From Cytophagaceae bacterium (GTDB lineage: Bacteria > Bacteroidota > Bacteroidia > Cytophagales > Spirosomataceae), in NCBI GenBank assembly GCA_947460975.1, contig CANHGO010000002.1, forward strand, positions 132,427-196,426: a stretch of DNA of 64,000 nucleotides, read 5' to 3'. Shown here in pieces: positions 30,000 to 39,946 of this stretch. The notes under the pieces are model-generated. The model saw nothing but the letters and a program-made list of their open reading frames with translations, was not told where the DNA came from and ran no database searches. Positions within the stretch are counted from its first letter, which is position 1; each line of letters opens with the position of its first letter. The position numbers were made by a program, and so were the translations under genes.

Positions 30000-30536
30000 T
30001 TAAGATGCCATTGTGACTTTTAGGTCATTCAATTTTCTTCGAATTGAGTCATCTATTTGTTGGTCGCCAACGCGTAAAATGAAACCGCCAATTAACGACT
30101 CGTCAATATGTTCCGTTAATTGCACTTCTTTGCCCGTATAGTCTTTTACGATTTTGGTCACTGATTTCTTCTGATCATCTGTTAAAGGACTTGCACTTGT
30201 AATTTCCGCCTTTTGTATGCCTTTAAATTCAGTATAAAGATTAATGAATTGTTTCGCTATCGCAGGCAAAATGCTTTCTCTATTTTTGTTTGTAATGATC
30301 ACAAAGATCGAGTAAGTAACCGGATTAAATATGGATTTGAAAAGCTTATTTAAAATAGCTAGTTTGGTATAATGCTTGATGATAGGGCTTTTAAGCGCCA
30401 ATACAAGGTCTTTACTCCCCTCGCAAGTCTCTTTAAAACCGACCATGTCTGTATAAACGGCATCCACTACATTTTTTTCAATGGCGAAGTCGAGCAGTGA
30501 TTTAGCGTATCTATGGGCAACAATTAATTCAGACAT
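30000..30536 (-). CDS. atpH: ATP synthase F1 subunit delta
   Basis: VAHRYAKSL and IDESLIGGFILRVGDQQIDDSI motifs. Confidence 0.96.
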   Translation of the reverse strand: MSELIVAHRYAKSLLDFAIEKNVVDAVYTDMVGFKETCEGSKDLVLALKSPIIKHYTKLAILNKLFKSIFNPVTYSIFVIITNKNRESILPAIAKQFINLYTEFKGIQKAEITSASPLTDDQKKSVTKIVKDYTGKEVQLTEHIDESLIGGFILRVGDQQIDDSIRRKLNDLKVTMAS

Positions 30537-30562
30537 TTTTACTTATTTTAACGATGTTTCAA

Positions 30563-31054
30563 TTATAATTTTACTTCCGAGATCCAGTCAGAGACTAATT
30601 TTTCTTGGGCTGCTTTATCCTTTAATTGATTTTTAAGCACTTTTTCAGCTAATTCTAACGAAAGATTTGCTGCTTCTTTACGAATAGCGCTAACAGCGGC
30701 CACTTTCTCTTGCTCGAAAGCAACTCTTGCCTTGTCTATTTCTTGAGCTGCTGCCGTTTGAGCATCTAATTTTGCTTGGGCGATCATAGCATCTGCTGCC
30801 TCTTTGGCTTGCTTGATCACTGCGTCGCGATCTGCACGCGCGCTAGCGATTAATTGCTCATTTCCTGCTTTTAATTCAGCCATTTCTCTACGGGTAGTTT
30901 CCGAAAGTTTGATGGCTTCGTCTATGGATTGCTCACGTTCATCCAATGAATTGATGATGGGCTTCCAAGCAAATTTAGCTAGCAAAAAGAATAAAATTCC
31001 AAAGACAAGTAGCTGCCAAAATATTAATCCAAAGTCTGGGGTGATTAACTCCAT
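30563..31054 (-). CDS. atpF: ATP synthase F0 subunit b
   Basis: ELITPDFGLIFWQ..., LAKFAWKPI...LDERE and a coiled coil. Confidence 0.96.
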   Translation of the reverse strand: MELITPDFGLIFWQLLVFGILFFLLAKFAWKPIINSLDEREQSIDEAIKLSETTRREMAELKAGNEQLIASARADRDAVIKQAKEAADAMIAQAKLDAQTAAAQEIDKARVAFEQEKVAAVSAIRKEAANLSLELAEKVLKNQLKDKAAQEKLVSDWISEVKL

Positions 31055-31184
31055 ATCTTATATAAATTTAAAAATTAGTAACATTTTAATAAGCGCAATT
31101 TGGCTCCAAACGAGTCTCAAATTGCGCTTAAAATTTTTCAAATCCTGAGTCTGAGGCTATCCCTCAGAGGATTCTTTGGGTTGA

Positions 31185-31454
<270 letters not shown>

Positions 31455-31466
31455 TTAATTTACAAA

Positions 31467-32564
31467 TTAATGGTGATGCTCCTCTACCGCCGCACCGATG
31501 TAAGTCGAAACTAACATGGTGAAAATGTAGGCTTGAATCACGGCAACAATCATTTCAATGACATTCATGAAAAGTGAGAATGGAACTACGGCGAGTCCTA
31601 AAGCTGCATTTTCAAAAATAAATATCAGAGAAACTAAACTTAATAAAATGATGTGTCCTGCGGTAATGTTGGCGAATAATCGAACCATTAAAGAAAATGG
31701 CTTCATAAATACACCTACAATTTCTACAGGGGTTAATATCACTAACATCCATTTAGGAACACCCGGCATAGCAAAAATATGTAACCAATAATTTTTCTTG
31801 CCATTTAAATTGGTAATCACGAAGGCTATGATGGCTAAAACAAGTGTTACGGCAATATTTCCAGTCACATTTGCGCCGCCTGGAATTAAACCCAACATAT
31901 TATTAAACCAGATAAAAAAGAATACAGTCAATAAATACGGCATAAATCGACGATAATGCTTCTCGCCAATATTTGTTTTGGCAATTTCATCACGAACAAA
32001 AATAATGACAGGCTCAAAAAGAGATTGCATTCCTTTAGGTGCTCTGTGTGGGTTTTCTTGATATCTCTTGCCTATTCCAATGAAGATAGTCAGCAATAAA
32101 ACAGCTGATATTAAGAGGGAAGCAACATTTTTTGTGATTGAAAAATCATACACATGTTCTCCATTCTCCGCATGAATTTTTCCATGAGAAAGCATTAAAC
32201 CTTGGTAAGGAACTTCCTCGTGATGTTCGTTTTTAAAATTAGCCGAAGAGAAAACCGACAAACCTTTTGATTCTGAATATACGATACATGGCAATGGCAA
32301 CGTGATGTGTGTATGTCCGATGGTCATGAAATGCCACTCATGCTCATCAGCAATGTGATGCATGATTAATTTACCTGGATCAAATTTTTCTGATTTACTT
32401 TCTTCCGGAGCTGCTGTGGTACTTGTCGCTTCCGTTGGAGCAGGTTTTTGCGCCGCTTCATTCTCATTTGCCCAAACAGTTAGGCTCGTCAAGCAAAATA
32501 AAAATCCTAAGATTATATTTGAAAAATACATTTTTTTGAAATAAGTAAACATCGGCATCTTCAT
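31467..32564 (-). CDS. atpB: ATP synthase F0 subunit a with the Bacteroidota N-terminal extension (exact start uncertain)
   Basis: SITKNV, KPFSLMVRLFANITAGH and IQAYIFT motifs. Confidence 0.96.
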   Translation of the reverse strand: MKMPMFTYFKKMYFSNIILGFLFCLTSLTVWANENEAAQKPAPTEATSTTAAPEESKSEKFDPGKLIMHHIADEHEWHFMTIGHTHITLPLPCIVYSESKGLSVFSSANFKNEHHEEVPYQGLMLSHGKIHAENGEHVYDFSITKNVASLLISAVLLLTIFIGIGKRYQENPHRAPKGMQSLFEPVIIFVRDEIAKTNIGEKHYRRFMPYLLTVFFFIWFNNMLGLIPGGANVTGNIAVTLVLAIIAFVITNLNGKKNYWLHIFAMPGVPKWMLVILTPVEIVGVFMKPFSLMVRLFANITAGHIILLSLVSLIFIFENAALGLAVVPFSLFMNVIEMIVAVIQAYIFTMLVSTYIGAAVEEHHH

Positions 32565-32658
32565 TCGCTCTTAAAAATAAATTCTATTGTAATTTTTGCT
32601 AATTCGTTGATTAACTGAATTTTGTCCATTAAAATTCCAAAAATTTTCTTCGGGATTT

Positions 32659-33018
32659 CTAAAAACGTCGCAAGTTACGAAGCAAACCAAATATTTCAAA
32701 ATTTGAACTACATAAATAGAGTACAAAAAAGTTGCCCACAAACAAATAAATTTGTGGCGTATGAGAATAGGCGAAGAATGCGATAAAGAGAATGCTTAAA
32801 ATAAATCGAATGCCAATGGATGCGGTTTGGAATTGTACAAACTTCTCCCCCTCATTTTTTTGTCCAAATTGGGCTAATTGGAGTGTCAAATAGGATTGAA
32901 ACAACAGAAATACAAAGATGAATTTTAAGTCTGGATGTAGGAAATGAGCCAAAGAACTTTGGCTGATCCCCCAAACGCCTAGGCCTATTATGAAATAAAA
33001 AATAAATATTTTCAACAT
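32659..33018 (-). CDS. Four-TM membrane protein preceding atpB (AtpI-like)
   Basis: 119 aa, four hydrophobic segments, first gene of the atp cluster. Confidence 0.6.
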   Translation of the reverse strand: MLKIFIFYFIIGLGVWGISQSSLAHFLHPDLKFIFVFLLFQSYLTLQLAQFGQKNEGEKFVQFQTASIGIRFILSILFIAFFAYSHTPQIYLFVGNFFVLYLCSSNFEIFGLLRNLRRF

Positions 33019-33131
33019 GGGACAAATATCTGATAATTGTGGGGTTAAATTAAATTTTAACCATCAAATTTTGGAATTTCCTTAATCCCGCTGTTAATTT
33101 GCATCCTCATTCAGTAGCTGATTGCCATTGA

Positions 33132-33244
33132 ATTATAAAGAAGAAGGGAGAGACTAGGCTCTGTGAACTTCTGGCAACCCGTCAAGTAATTGACCCCGGT
33201 GCTAATTCCTACCCCAGGCGGTTGCCTGTTTAGGGAAATATAAT
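33132..33244 (+). ncRNA. SAM-I (S-box)-type riboswitch upstream of metX
   Basis: ATTATAAAGAAGAAGGGAGAGACTAGGCTCTGTGAACTTCTGGCAACC...GGTGCTAATTCC...GGGAAATATAAT contains the SAM-I core GCAACC/GGTGCnAAnUCC; it precedes a methionine-synthesis gene. Confidence 0.88.
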
Positions 33245-33254
33245 GTTATGTTGT

Positions 33255-34334
33255 ATGCAAGCAGAAGTTCATCATTATCATTCGACCGACACCTTCACTT
33301 TAGAAAATGGGTTTCAATTTCCATGTTTTGATTTGGTATATCAAACGTGGGGAAAAGAAAATGCTGCACAGGATAACATCATCTGGATTTGTCATGCATT
33401 TACGGGTAGCCACGATGTAGCCGAGTGGTGGCAAGGCTTAGTGGGACCAGGAAAATTATTTAATCCTGAAAATAACCTGATTGTTTGTGTCAATATCCCC
33501 GGGTCACATTATGGGTCCACCGGTCCTTTATCGGTAAATCCTCTGACAGGCCAACCCTATTTTCATACATTTCCTGAGGTAACGATTCGGGATGTCGTCA
33601 ATTCTTTTGAATTACTCCGAAAGCATTTGAAAATCAAGAAGATTAAAACGTGTATAGGTGGTTCTATGGGGGGCCAGCAAGCCCTAGAATGGGCAATTAT
33701 GAAGCCTGAGTTGATCGATAATTTGATTTTAGTCGCGACTAATGCGGTGCATTCCTCTTGGGGAATTGCGTTCAACGAATCGCAAAGAATGTCGATCGAA
33801 GTCGATCCGACTTGGACCGAATCGCACTCGCAAGCTGGAATTAACGGCATGAAGGCTGCTCGGGCTACGGCTTTAATTTCATATCGAAATTATGAAACGT
33901 ATCAAATTACGCAGGCAAGGCAGGAAAATTCCATGGGTGGAAATTTAAGAGCAGTCTCTTATCAAAGATATCAAGGAGAAAAATTAGCCAAACGCTTCAA
34001 TGCTTTTTCTTATTATCGATTATCTACGATGATGGATTCCCAAGATGTAGGTAGAAATCGCGGTGGGGTGGTGGCTGCCTTAAAATCGATACAATCTAAA
34101 ACCTTAGTCATTGGCATTAAATCAGATGCCCTATTTCCTATCGTTGAACAAGAATTTTTAGCTAAACATATTCCAGATGCTTCCTTTCAAGTAATCGATT
34201 CTTTATATGGCCATGATGGCTTTTTGATTGAAAGTGGTTTGATGACGAAGGCGATTCGCCTTTGGCAAAAATTACTCCGACTGGAAGTAAATCCAATGGC
34301 CGACTTTTTCAAAGAACTTGAAAATGTGAATTGA
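33255..34334 (+). CDS. metX: Homoserine O-acetyltransferase
   Basis: CHAFTG, WW.GLVGPG, GGSMGG nucleophile elbow and YGHDGFLIE. ATG 33255 preferred because ATG 33243 lies inside riboswitch P1. Confidence 0.92.
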   Translation: MQAEVHHYHSTDTFTLENGFQFPCFDLVYQTWGKENAAQDNIIWICHAFTGSHDVAEWWQGLVGPGKLFNPENNLIVCVNIPGSHYGSTGPLSVNPLTGQPYFHTFPEVTIRDVVNSFELLRKHLKIKKIKTCIGGSMGGQQALEWAIMKPELIDNLILVATNAVHSSWGIAFNESQRMSIEVDPTWTESHSQAGINGMKAARATALISYRNYETYQITQARQENSMGGNLRAVSYQRYQGEKLAKRFNAFSYYRLSTMMDSQDVGRNRGGVVAALKSIQSKTLVIGIKSDALFPIVEQEFLAKHIPDASFQVIDSLYGHDGFLIESGLMTKAIRLWQKLLRLEVNPMADFFKELENVN

Positions 34335-34355
34335 TCTTACATGTATCATTGACCT

Positions 34356-35153
34356 ATGGATTTTAAAGATAAAATAGTTTGGATCACAGGAGCTTCTTCC
34401 GGAATAGGAGAAGCCTTAGCTTATGCTTTTGCTCGCCAAGGGGCGAAACTTGTTTTATCGGCCCGCCGAGAATCTGAATTGAATCGTGTCGCTGACGCTT
34501 GTCGATCGTATGGTTCAATGACACATGTAATGCCTTTTGACGTGATCGACTTATCGGTCCACGAGGATAAAGTGAATGAAGTAATACGAACTTATGGCAA
34601 AATAGACTTGGTCATTTTAAATGCGGGTGTGAGCCAAAGGTCCTTTATTGAAAATACGAAGTTTGATGTTTACCGACAATTATTTGAGGTTAATTTCTTC
34701 TCGATCGTCTCTTTAACGCAAGCCATTTTACCGATTTTTAAAAGTCAAAAATCAGGAAGATTTGTGCCGATTGCTTCTGTTGCTGGCCGGATAAGTACGC
34801 CAAGAAGAGCTGCTTATGGTGCCACAAAACATGCATTGATAGGCTTTTTCGATTCTTTGAGGGCAGAGGTGTATGAGGATGGAATTCGGGTAACCACTAT
34901 TTTACCAGGCTATATTAAGACCAATATTTCCATTCATGCACTCAATGAAGACGGTGAAAAATATGGCAAAATGGACCCAAATCAAGCGAAAGGCTTAGAT
35001 GTGACGGTAACAGCGGAAGCTATTTTGAATGCGATAAATACCGGGAAAAATGAGTTTTTCATTGGCGGAAAGCTTGAGGCTTTAGGCCTGTTTGTCAAAC
35101 GTTTTTTCCCGGCACTCTTGTTTTGGATGATTCGAAAAATAAAAAATACCTAA
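34356..35153 (+). CDS. SDR-family oxidoreductase (DHRS7-like)
   Basis: TGASSGIG, LNAG and YGATK motifs. Confidence 0.9.
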   Translation: MDFKDKIVWITGASSGIGEALAYAFARQGAKLVLSARRESELNRVADACRSYGSMTHVMPFDVIDLSVHEDKVNEVIRTYGKIDLVILNAGVSQRSFIENTKFDVYRQLFEVNFFSIVSLTQAILPIFKSQKSGRFVPIASVAGRISTPRRAAYGATKHALIGFFDSLRAEVYEDGIRVTTILPGYIKTNISIHALNEDGEKYGKMDPNQAKGLDVTVTAEAILNAINTGKNEFFIGGKLEALGLFVKRFFPALLFWMIRKIKNT

Positions 35154-36340
35154 GCAGTTTCTTTCTTTTCGCTAAAGAAAAGTACAAACAAGATAAGCAC
35201 TAAGGCAGCTATGGCAGCTGGTACCATCCAAACTGATTTCCAATCATGCACACCTCCGCTGGTATACATGTCTAAAACGATTCCTGATAATTTAGATCCG
35301 ATGCCCATTCCTACGCCATAAGTGGCTAAAGTAATTAATCCTTGGGCCGAGCTTTTAATCTTTTCACCCGCTTTTTGATCCGTATAGATTTGGCCTGTGA
35401 CAAAGAAGAAATCAAAGCATACTCCGTGTAAAATGATACCAATATATAAAATCCATTCACTTTGGATTCCGTCGCCATAGCCAAAGCATAAGAAGCGAAT
35501 AATCCACGCAACAAGCCCAACGATTAACATTTTTTTGACTCCTAATCGGATAAAAGCCAGTGGAATTAAGAGCATGAAAATTACCTCAGAGGCTTGCCCC
35601 AATGACATTTTGTTTTCAACATTGGTCATGTGTGAATCTGTCAAAGACGGGTTGGCCATCGCATAATAAAATGAGAGAGGGATACAAATTAAGATAGATG
35701 AGATAAAGAAAATTAGGAATGAACGATCCTTGAATAATTTGAGTGCATCCAAACCAATGATTTGCCCAATGGACGCATTTTTATCTGCTTTTGGTGGGGT
35801 ATCTGGAAGGAAGAAGGCATAAATTCCTAAGGCAAATGAACTGTACATGGCAATTTGAAATATAGCTACATTGTCTCCTAAGGCTAAAAATCCAATGATA
35901 TTAGTGACAACAATCCAGGCAATGGTTCCCGTAACTCGAATTGCAGGAAATTCCTTTTCAGGATTTTGCATTTGATTCATGGCAATGGAGTTTGACAAGG
36001 CTAAATTAGGCGCAAAACAAAGCGTATAAGCTAATATGTACCAAAAAAAGATTTCTGGGTCCTTCGTTTGACTCAGGAAATATAAAATCACACCTCCTAG
36101 AATATTTAGAAATCCCATCACCTTTTGCGCTGAGAAAAAACGGTCAGCGATCAAACCAACAAAAAAGGGAGCAAAGATTGCCGCGATGGAAAATGTGGTA
36201 TAAGCATTGCCTACTTGGTCCCCAGTCGCACCCAACGTTGTTAGTAGGTATTTGCTCATTTGGCCATACCATGCTCCCCAAGAGAAGAACATCAAAAACA
36301 TCATGGCAATGAGCTGGAATTTTACAGTACTTTTCATCAT
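35150..36340 (-). CDS. NupG/YegT-like nucleoside:H+ symporter-family MFS permease
   Basis: FF.WGAWY, IADRFFSAQK and LHGVCFDFFFVTGQIY motifs. Start set to 36340 because a TATTTTTG -7 box lies at 36360-36367. Confidence 0.88.
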   Translation of the reverse strand: MMKSTVKFQLIAMMFLMFFSWGAWYGQMSKYLLTTLGATGDQVGNAYTTFSIAAIFAPFFVGLIADRFFSAQKVMGFLNILGGVILYFLSQTKDPEIFFWYILAYTLCFAPNLALSNSIAMNQMQNPEKEFPAIRVTGTIAWIVVTNIIGFLALGDNVAIFQIAMYSSFALGIYAFFLPDTPPKADKNASIGQIIGLDALKLFKDRSFLIFFISSILICIPLSFYYAMANPSLTDSHMTNVENKMSLGQASEVIFMLLIPLAFIRLGVKKMLIVGLVAWIIRFLCFGYGDGIQSEWILYIGIILHGVCFDFFFVTGQIYTDQKAGEKIKSSAQGLITLATYGVGMGIGSKLSGIVLDMYTSGGVHDWKSVWMVPAAIAALVLILFVLFFSEKKETA

Positions 36341-36642
36341 TATTTGGTTTGTTCGAGACCAAAAATACAAATTTGAATGAAATTAAAAATTTTATAAAAA
36401 TATTTTTTTAGCGAAACTACATGAAAATTAAAACCTAAAATGACTGAATTGTACAATTTTTTATAAAAATTTATCAAAATTCAATCCACTTTTTTAATCT
36501 CTTGTAAAAAAGAGTAAAAAGGCCTTCGAATTCGATCCTGAAGCATTTTTATCGAGAATTTACAAAATTTGATTTTAACTATTTTTTGTTGTTGTTTTGG
36601 TCAAAATTCAGGGAATTAACAGCTGAATTCATTAAAATTAAG

Positions 36643-37113
36643 ATGTTTCTATTAGGTGTTTTGTTAATTTCAGGTAGGCCAACAGGACCTTTTCAGGGTT
36701 CAATGACTTTATTTTTAAGTCTGTTTCTGTTGATTTCAGTAGCCCTTATTGTAGTTGGAATTTTCTTATACAAAAAACGATCAAAGTGGGTGTCTCATTC
36801 AATTACAACCTATGGCAAGATTGTTGAGATTTCTAAGCGATATGCACGTGGCGACCATTCAGGTCGTTTCCCTATTTATTTTCCAATCGTTGCCTATCAT
36901 GTGAATGGTTTAGAATTTAGGAGAGAAGCTGAACAGGGAATCGCAAAAAATTGTGAGATTGGCCAGGAAATAACGGTTCGGTATCTTTCTGAAGATCCAT
37001 ATGAATCATCTTTAAGTGAGAATTCTGTCCCTGTATTAAATCCAACCATATTTTTTGTCCTTGGTTTCTTGATGCTTTTTAGCTCAATAGCTTTGTCTTT
37101 GATGACACATTGA
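36643..37113 (+). CDS. DUF3592-like membrane protein (start uncertain: 36586, 36643 or 36703)
   Basis: TM helix, T.GKIV...Y.PIVAY...G beta region, IGQEITVRY...DP, C-terminal TM. Confidence 0.65.
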   Translation: MFLLGVLLISGRPTGPFQGSMTLFLSLFLLISVALIVVGIFLYKKRSKWVSHSITTYGKIVEISKRYARGDHSGRFPIYFPIVAYHVNGLEFRREAEQGIAKNCEIGQEITVRYLSEDPYESSLSENSVPVLNPTIFFVLGFLMLFSSIALSLMTH

Positions 37114-37163
37114 TTTTTTGTTTTTAAAATCATTTTGTAATTTGGTTCCTCAAATCATTTCGT

Positions 37164-37991
37164 ATGGAAACTATAGTTAAAGAAAAATCCGAATTTCGTA
37201 ATTACGAGCAAGGCGATATTACTGCGGCCGTAAAGGATCATTATTATAAGATGCGTACGCGCCAGACGTATGATTATGTTCAACGGATGAAAAAAAAGTA
37301 TTTGACTTTTGAACGTCCAATGGATTTATGGGATATGATGGATCGTTTGAACGCATTAATTGACGTGAGCGACCCTGATTTAAATCTCCCTAACATTATT
37401 CACTTATTGCAATCTGCAGAAGGAATTCGCCAAGATGGTCGTCCAGATTGGATGCAATTGGTAGGTTTGATTCATGATTTAGGAAAAGCCATGTATTTGT
37501 TTGGTTCTGATGAGGACGGAACGAGCCAAGCAGAGCAATGGGGATTAGTTGGCGATGTGTTTGTTGTCGGTTGCAAATTACCTGACACTTGTGTGTATCC
37601 AGAATTCAATCAGGAAAACCCCGATATGTTGGTCGATCGCTATAACTCAGAATTAGGTATATACAATCCGGGTTGTGGATTAGATAATTTAGAATTAGCC
37701 TGGGGGCATGATGAATATTTATACCAAGTATTGAAAAACCATCCTACGAATACAATCCCAGAGGCGGGGATGGCGATGATTCGTTTTCATTCGTTTTATC
37801 CATGGCATACCGGCGGAAGTTATCAAGCATTATTAAACGAAAAGGATGCTCAATATTTAGATTGGATTAAGGATTTCAATCAGTATGACTTATATACGAA
37901 ATCTCCTGTGGTCCCTAATTTCGAAGAATTAAAGTCTTATTATATGCCTATTGCTGAAAAATATTTAGGCAAAGGTCCTATCTACTGGTAA
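37164..37991 (+). CDS. Myo-inositol oxygenase (MIOX, HD-fold di-iron enzyme)
   Basis: DVSDPD, H.LQSAE.IR, LIHDLGK, QW..VGD.F.VGC, WGHDEYLY, IRFHSFYPWH and FN.YDLYTK motifs. Confidence 0.93.
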   Translation: METIVKEKSEFRNYEQGDITAAVKDHYYKMRTRQTYDYVQRMKKKYLTFERPMDLWDMMDRLNALIDVSDPDLNLPNIIHLLQSAEGIRQDGRPDWMQLVGLIHDLGKAMYLFGSDEDGTSQAEQWGLVGDVFVVGCKLPDTCVYPEFNQENPDMLVDRYNSELGIYNPGCGLDNLELAWGHDEYLYQVLKNHPTNTIPEAGMAMIRFHSFYPWHTGGSYQALLNEKDAQYLDWIKDFNQYDLYTKSPVVPNFEELKSYYMPIAEKYLGKGPIYW

Positions 37992-38010
37992 GAATTTTAA
38001 ATAAGTATAA

Positions 38011-38048
38011 ATAAACGGGAGGTCTTCGAATGAAGACCTCCCGTTTGT
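38011..38048. terminator. Terminator hairpin between convergent genes
   Basis: ATAAACGGGAGGTCTTC-GAAT-GAAGACCTCCCGTTTGT. Confidence 0.85.
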
Positions 38049-38081
38049 GTTTTTTATAGAAGCAGAATTTAAAGCTAAGTT

Positions 38082-38591
38082 TTACCAACCATCATTCTTT
38101 TTTGGTTTGGCATTCGCGGAATTCTTTTTTGCCGGGGTTAATACCGCTTCTGAGGCAGCAGATCCTTTCAATTGGACATCCGATTCCACTCGGCTGTAGA
38201 CCCTACAAACAATTTTCCATTGATCATTAATTTTTAATAAGCTTAATAAATCAATGTATTTGAAGTCGGCAAACTGCAACTCCACAGTCGCCACTCCAGA
38301 GGTTCCGGCATACGAATAGGAAATTAATTTTCCTGTTGCCTTAACTCCACCGGCAGGCATTTTGCTTATAAAAGTTTTTACGGGAGAGTCTTGAACCCTT
38401 CCTGTAGCTGTATTTAGGTTTCTTAATAAAGCACCTGCATAAAATGCTTTATTTAAGCTTGCCGAATCACCTTTGGTGAATCCGTCGAAATAGGTATTGA
38501 TGGTCGATTTGATCGCTTCATCGTCTGTTTGGGCAAAGCTTGATAAACTGAAGCAAGAACAAGCGATTGTAAATAAGATGAATTTTTTCAT
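38082..38591 (-). CDS. Secreted NTF2-like (lumazine-binding-like) protein
   Basis: Signal peptide; I..TINTYFDG...GD...L.KAF and YIDLLSLLKINDQWKIV motifs. Confidence 0.8.
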   Translation of the reverse strand: MKKFILFTIACSCFSLSSFAQTDDEAIKSTINTYFDGFTKGDSASLNKAFYAGALLRNLNTATGRVQDSPVKTFISKMPAGGVKATGKLISYSYAGTSGVATVELQFADFKYIDLLSLLKINDQWKIVCRVYSRVESDVQLKGSAASEAVLTPAKKNSANAKPKKNDGW

Positions 38592-38602
38592 AAGGTATTG
38601 AA

Positions 38603-39838
38603 TTAGTTGCCAGAGGTGAATTCGGAGGGAAGTGCTTCCCCTTTCATAAATAAATTTGCTTTTTCTGGGTATAAAATGGATTGAACGACGTTAACTCTTC
38701 CCAAAGAATGTCCGGCCATATTACCCAAAATGATAATGGATGAATTGTCTTTTGGATTGTGAAGATAGTAATTTTTAAACCCATGCCACCATCCCGTGTG
38801 ATAGGTAAGCCACTCACCATTATCGAGTTGCGTTAGGCGCCAACCAAATCCATAGTTTTTGGGAAGGGTAGTCGGAATGGTATGCTGTGGAGTAAAGGCC
38901 TCTTCTAAAGTACTTGATTTGACTAATTTTTCTTCATTTAATGCGCTGTCCCAAAGATGCAGATCCTCAACGGTGGAATATATACCTTTATCGCCCGTCA
39001 CTCCATCTAAGTGATTGAAGTCAGAAACGGCTGGTCCCCCACGCCTTGGCACATATCCTGTAGCGGCAGTTTTTAGCATTTCTGGATGCAATGGATCGTA
39101 AATAAATGTTTCCTCCATGCCTGCCGGCTCGAAAATATTTTTCTTTACGTAGGTTCTGAAATTTTCGCCGCTTAATTTTTCAACGATATACGCTAATAAC
39201 ATATAGTTCGTGTTGTTATAGCTGAAGCGCGCGTTGGGCCGATAATCAATATGGGGTTTTAAACGGATCATCATTTCCACTACCTTTTGATTGGTCAGTG
39301 GAACTTTCTTATCATACATTTTATCCATGTTATAGGCATAATCTGAAAGGCCTGAACGATGGGTCAATAAGCTTCGAATGGTTAAGCTAGAATCGTATGG
39401 AAATCCTTGAATGTGCTTGTAAATTGGATCGTCGTAGCCCAGCAAATTCTTTTCCTTCAATTGCATGATTGCGACGGCGGTAAATTGCTTGGACACGGAG
39501 GCCAATTGGAAATGCGTGTGGTTATTTATTGGTGATTTGGTGAAATAGTTGGCATAGCCAAACGATTTATTGTAAATGACTTTTCCGTATTGAGAAATTA
39601 ATACTGCGCCGTTGAAGCCGGTGTTTTGTTGGAGTTTTTTGAAAAAAGTATCCAGTTTAATGGATTTTTGTTCTGCTATTTTGGGGTCAAAAAGAAGGCT
39701 AAGGCTGTCATTCTTTAACTCTATTTTTGTTTTTGAATGAAAGAAACTCCTAGTTTGATGGGAACTTACTAATAGGCCAATTAAGATAAAGGTCGATAAA
39801 ATGAGTATTAGTTTAGAACTATTAGCAATTTTCGGCAT
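38603..39838 (-). CDS. Serine hydrolase, AmpC/class C beta-lactamase-like family
   Basis: SVSK (SxxK), LLTHRSGL, YNN (YxN) and HTG motifs. Confidence 0.88.
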   Translation of the reverse strand: MPKIANSSKLILILSTFILIGLLVSSHQTRSFFHSKTKIELKNDSLSLLFDPKIAEQKSIKLDTFFKKLQQNTGFNGAVLISQYGKVIYNKSFGYANYFTKSPINNHTHFQLASVSKQFTAVAIMQLKEKNLLGYDDPIYKHIQGFPYDSSLTIRSLLTHRSGLSDYAYNMDKMYDKKVPLTNQKVVEMMIRLKPHIDYRPNARFSYNNTNYMLLAYIVEKLSGENFRTYVKKNIFEPAGMEETFIYDPLHPEMLKTAATGYVPRRGGPAVSDFNHLDGVTGDKGIYSTVEDLHLWDSALNEEKLVKSSTLEEAFTPQHTIPTTLPKNYGFGWRLTQLDNGEWLTYHTGWWHGFKNYYLHNPKDNSSIIILGNMAGHSLGRVNVVQSILYPEKANLFMKGEALPSEFTSGN

Positions 39839-39946
39839 ATTGGTTGGAAAATATTTAAGGCAATTTATTTAAATTAGCGTTTATATCAAATCTTCGCCTC
39901 TTTTAATTGATAAATAAAAGGAAGCGAATCATTTCAAGAGAAAAAA

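Noticed and set aside
38603-39838. Possible antibiotic-resistance beta-lactamase
   Set aside because: It has the generic SxxK serine-hydrolase pattern with HTG and sits in core context; nothing in the sequence shows true beta-lactamase activity.
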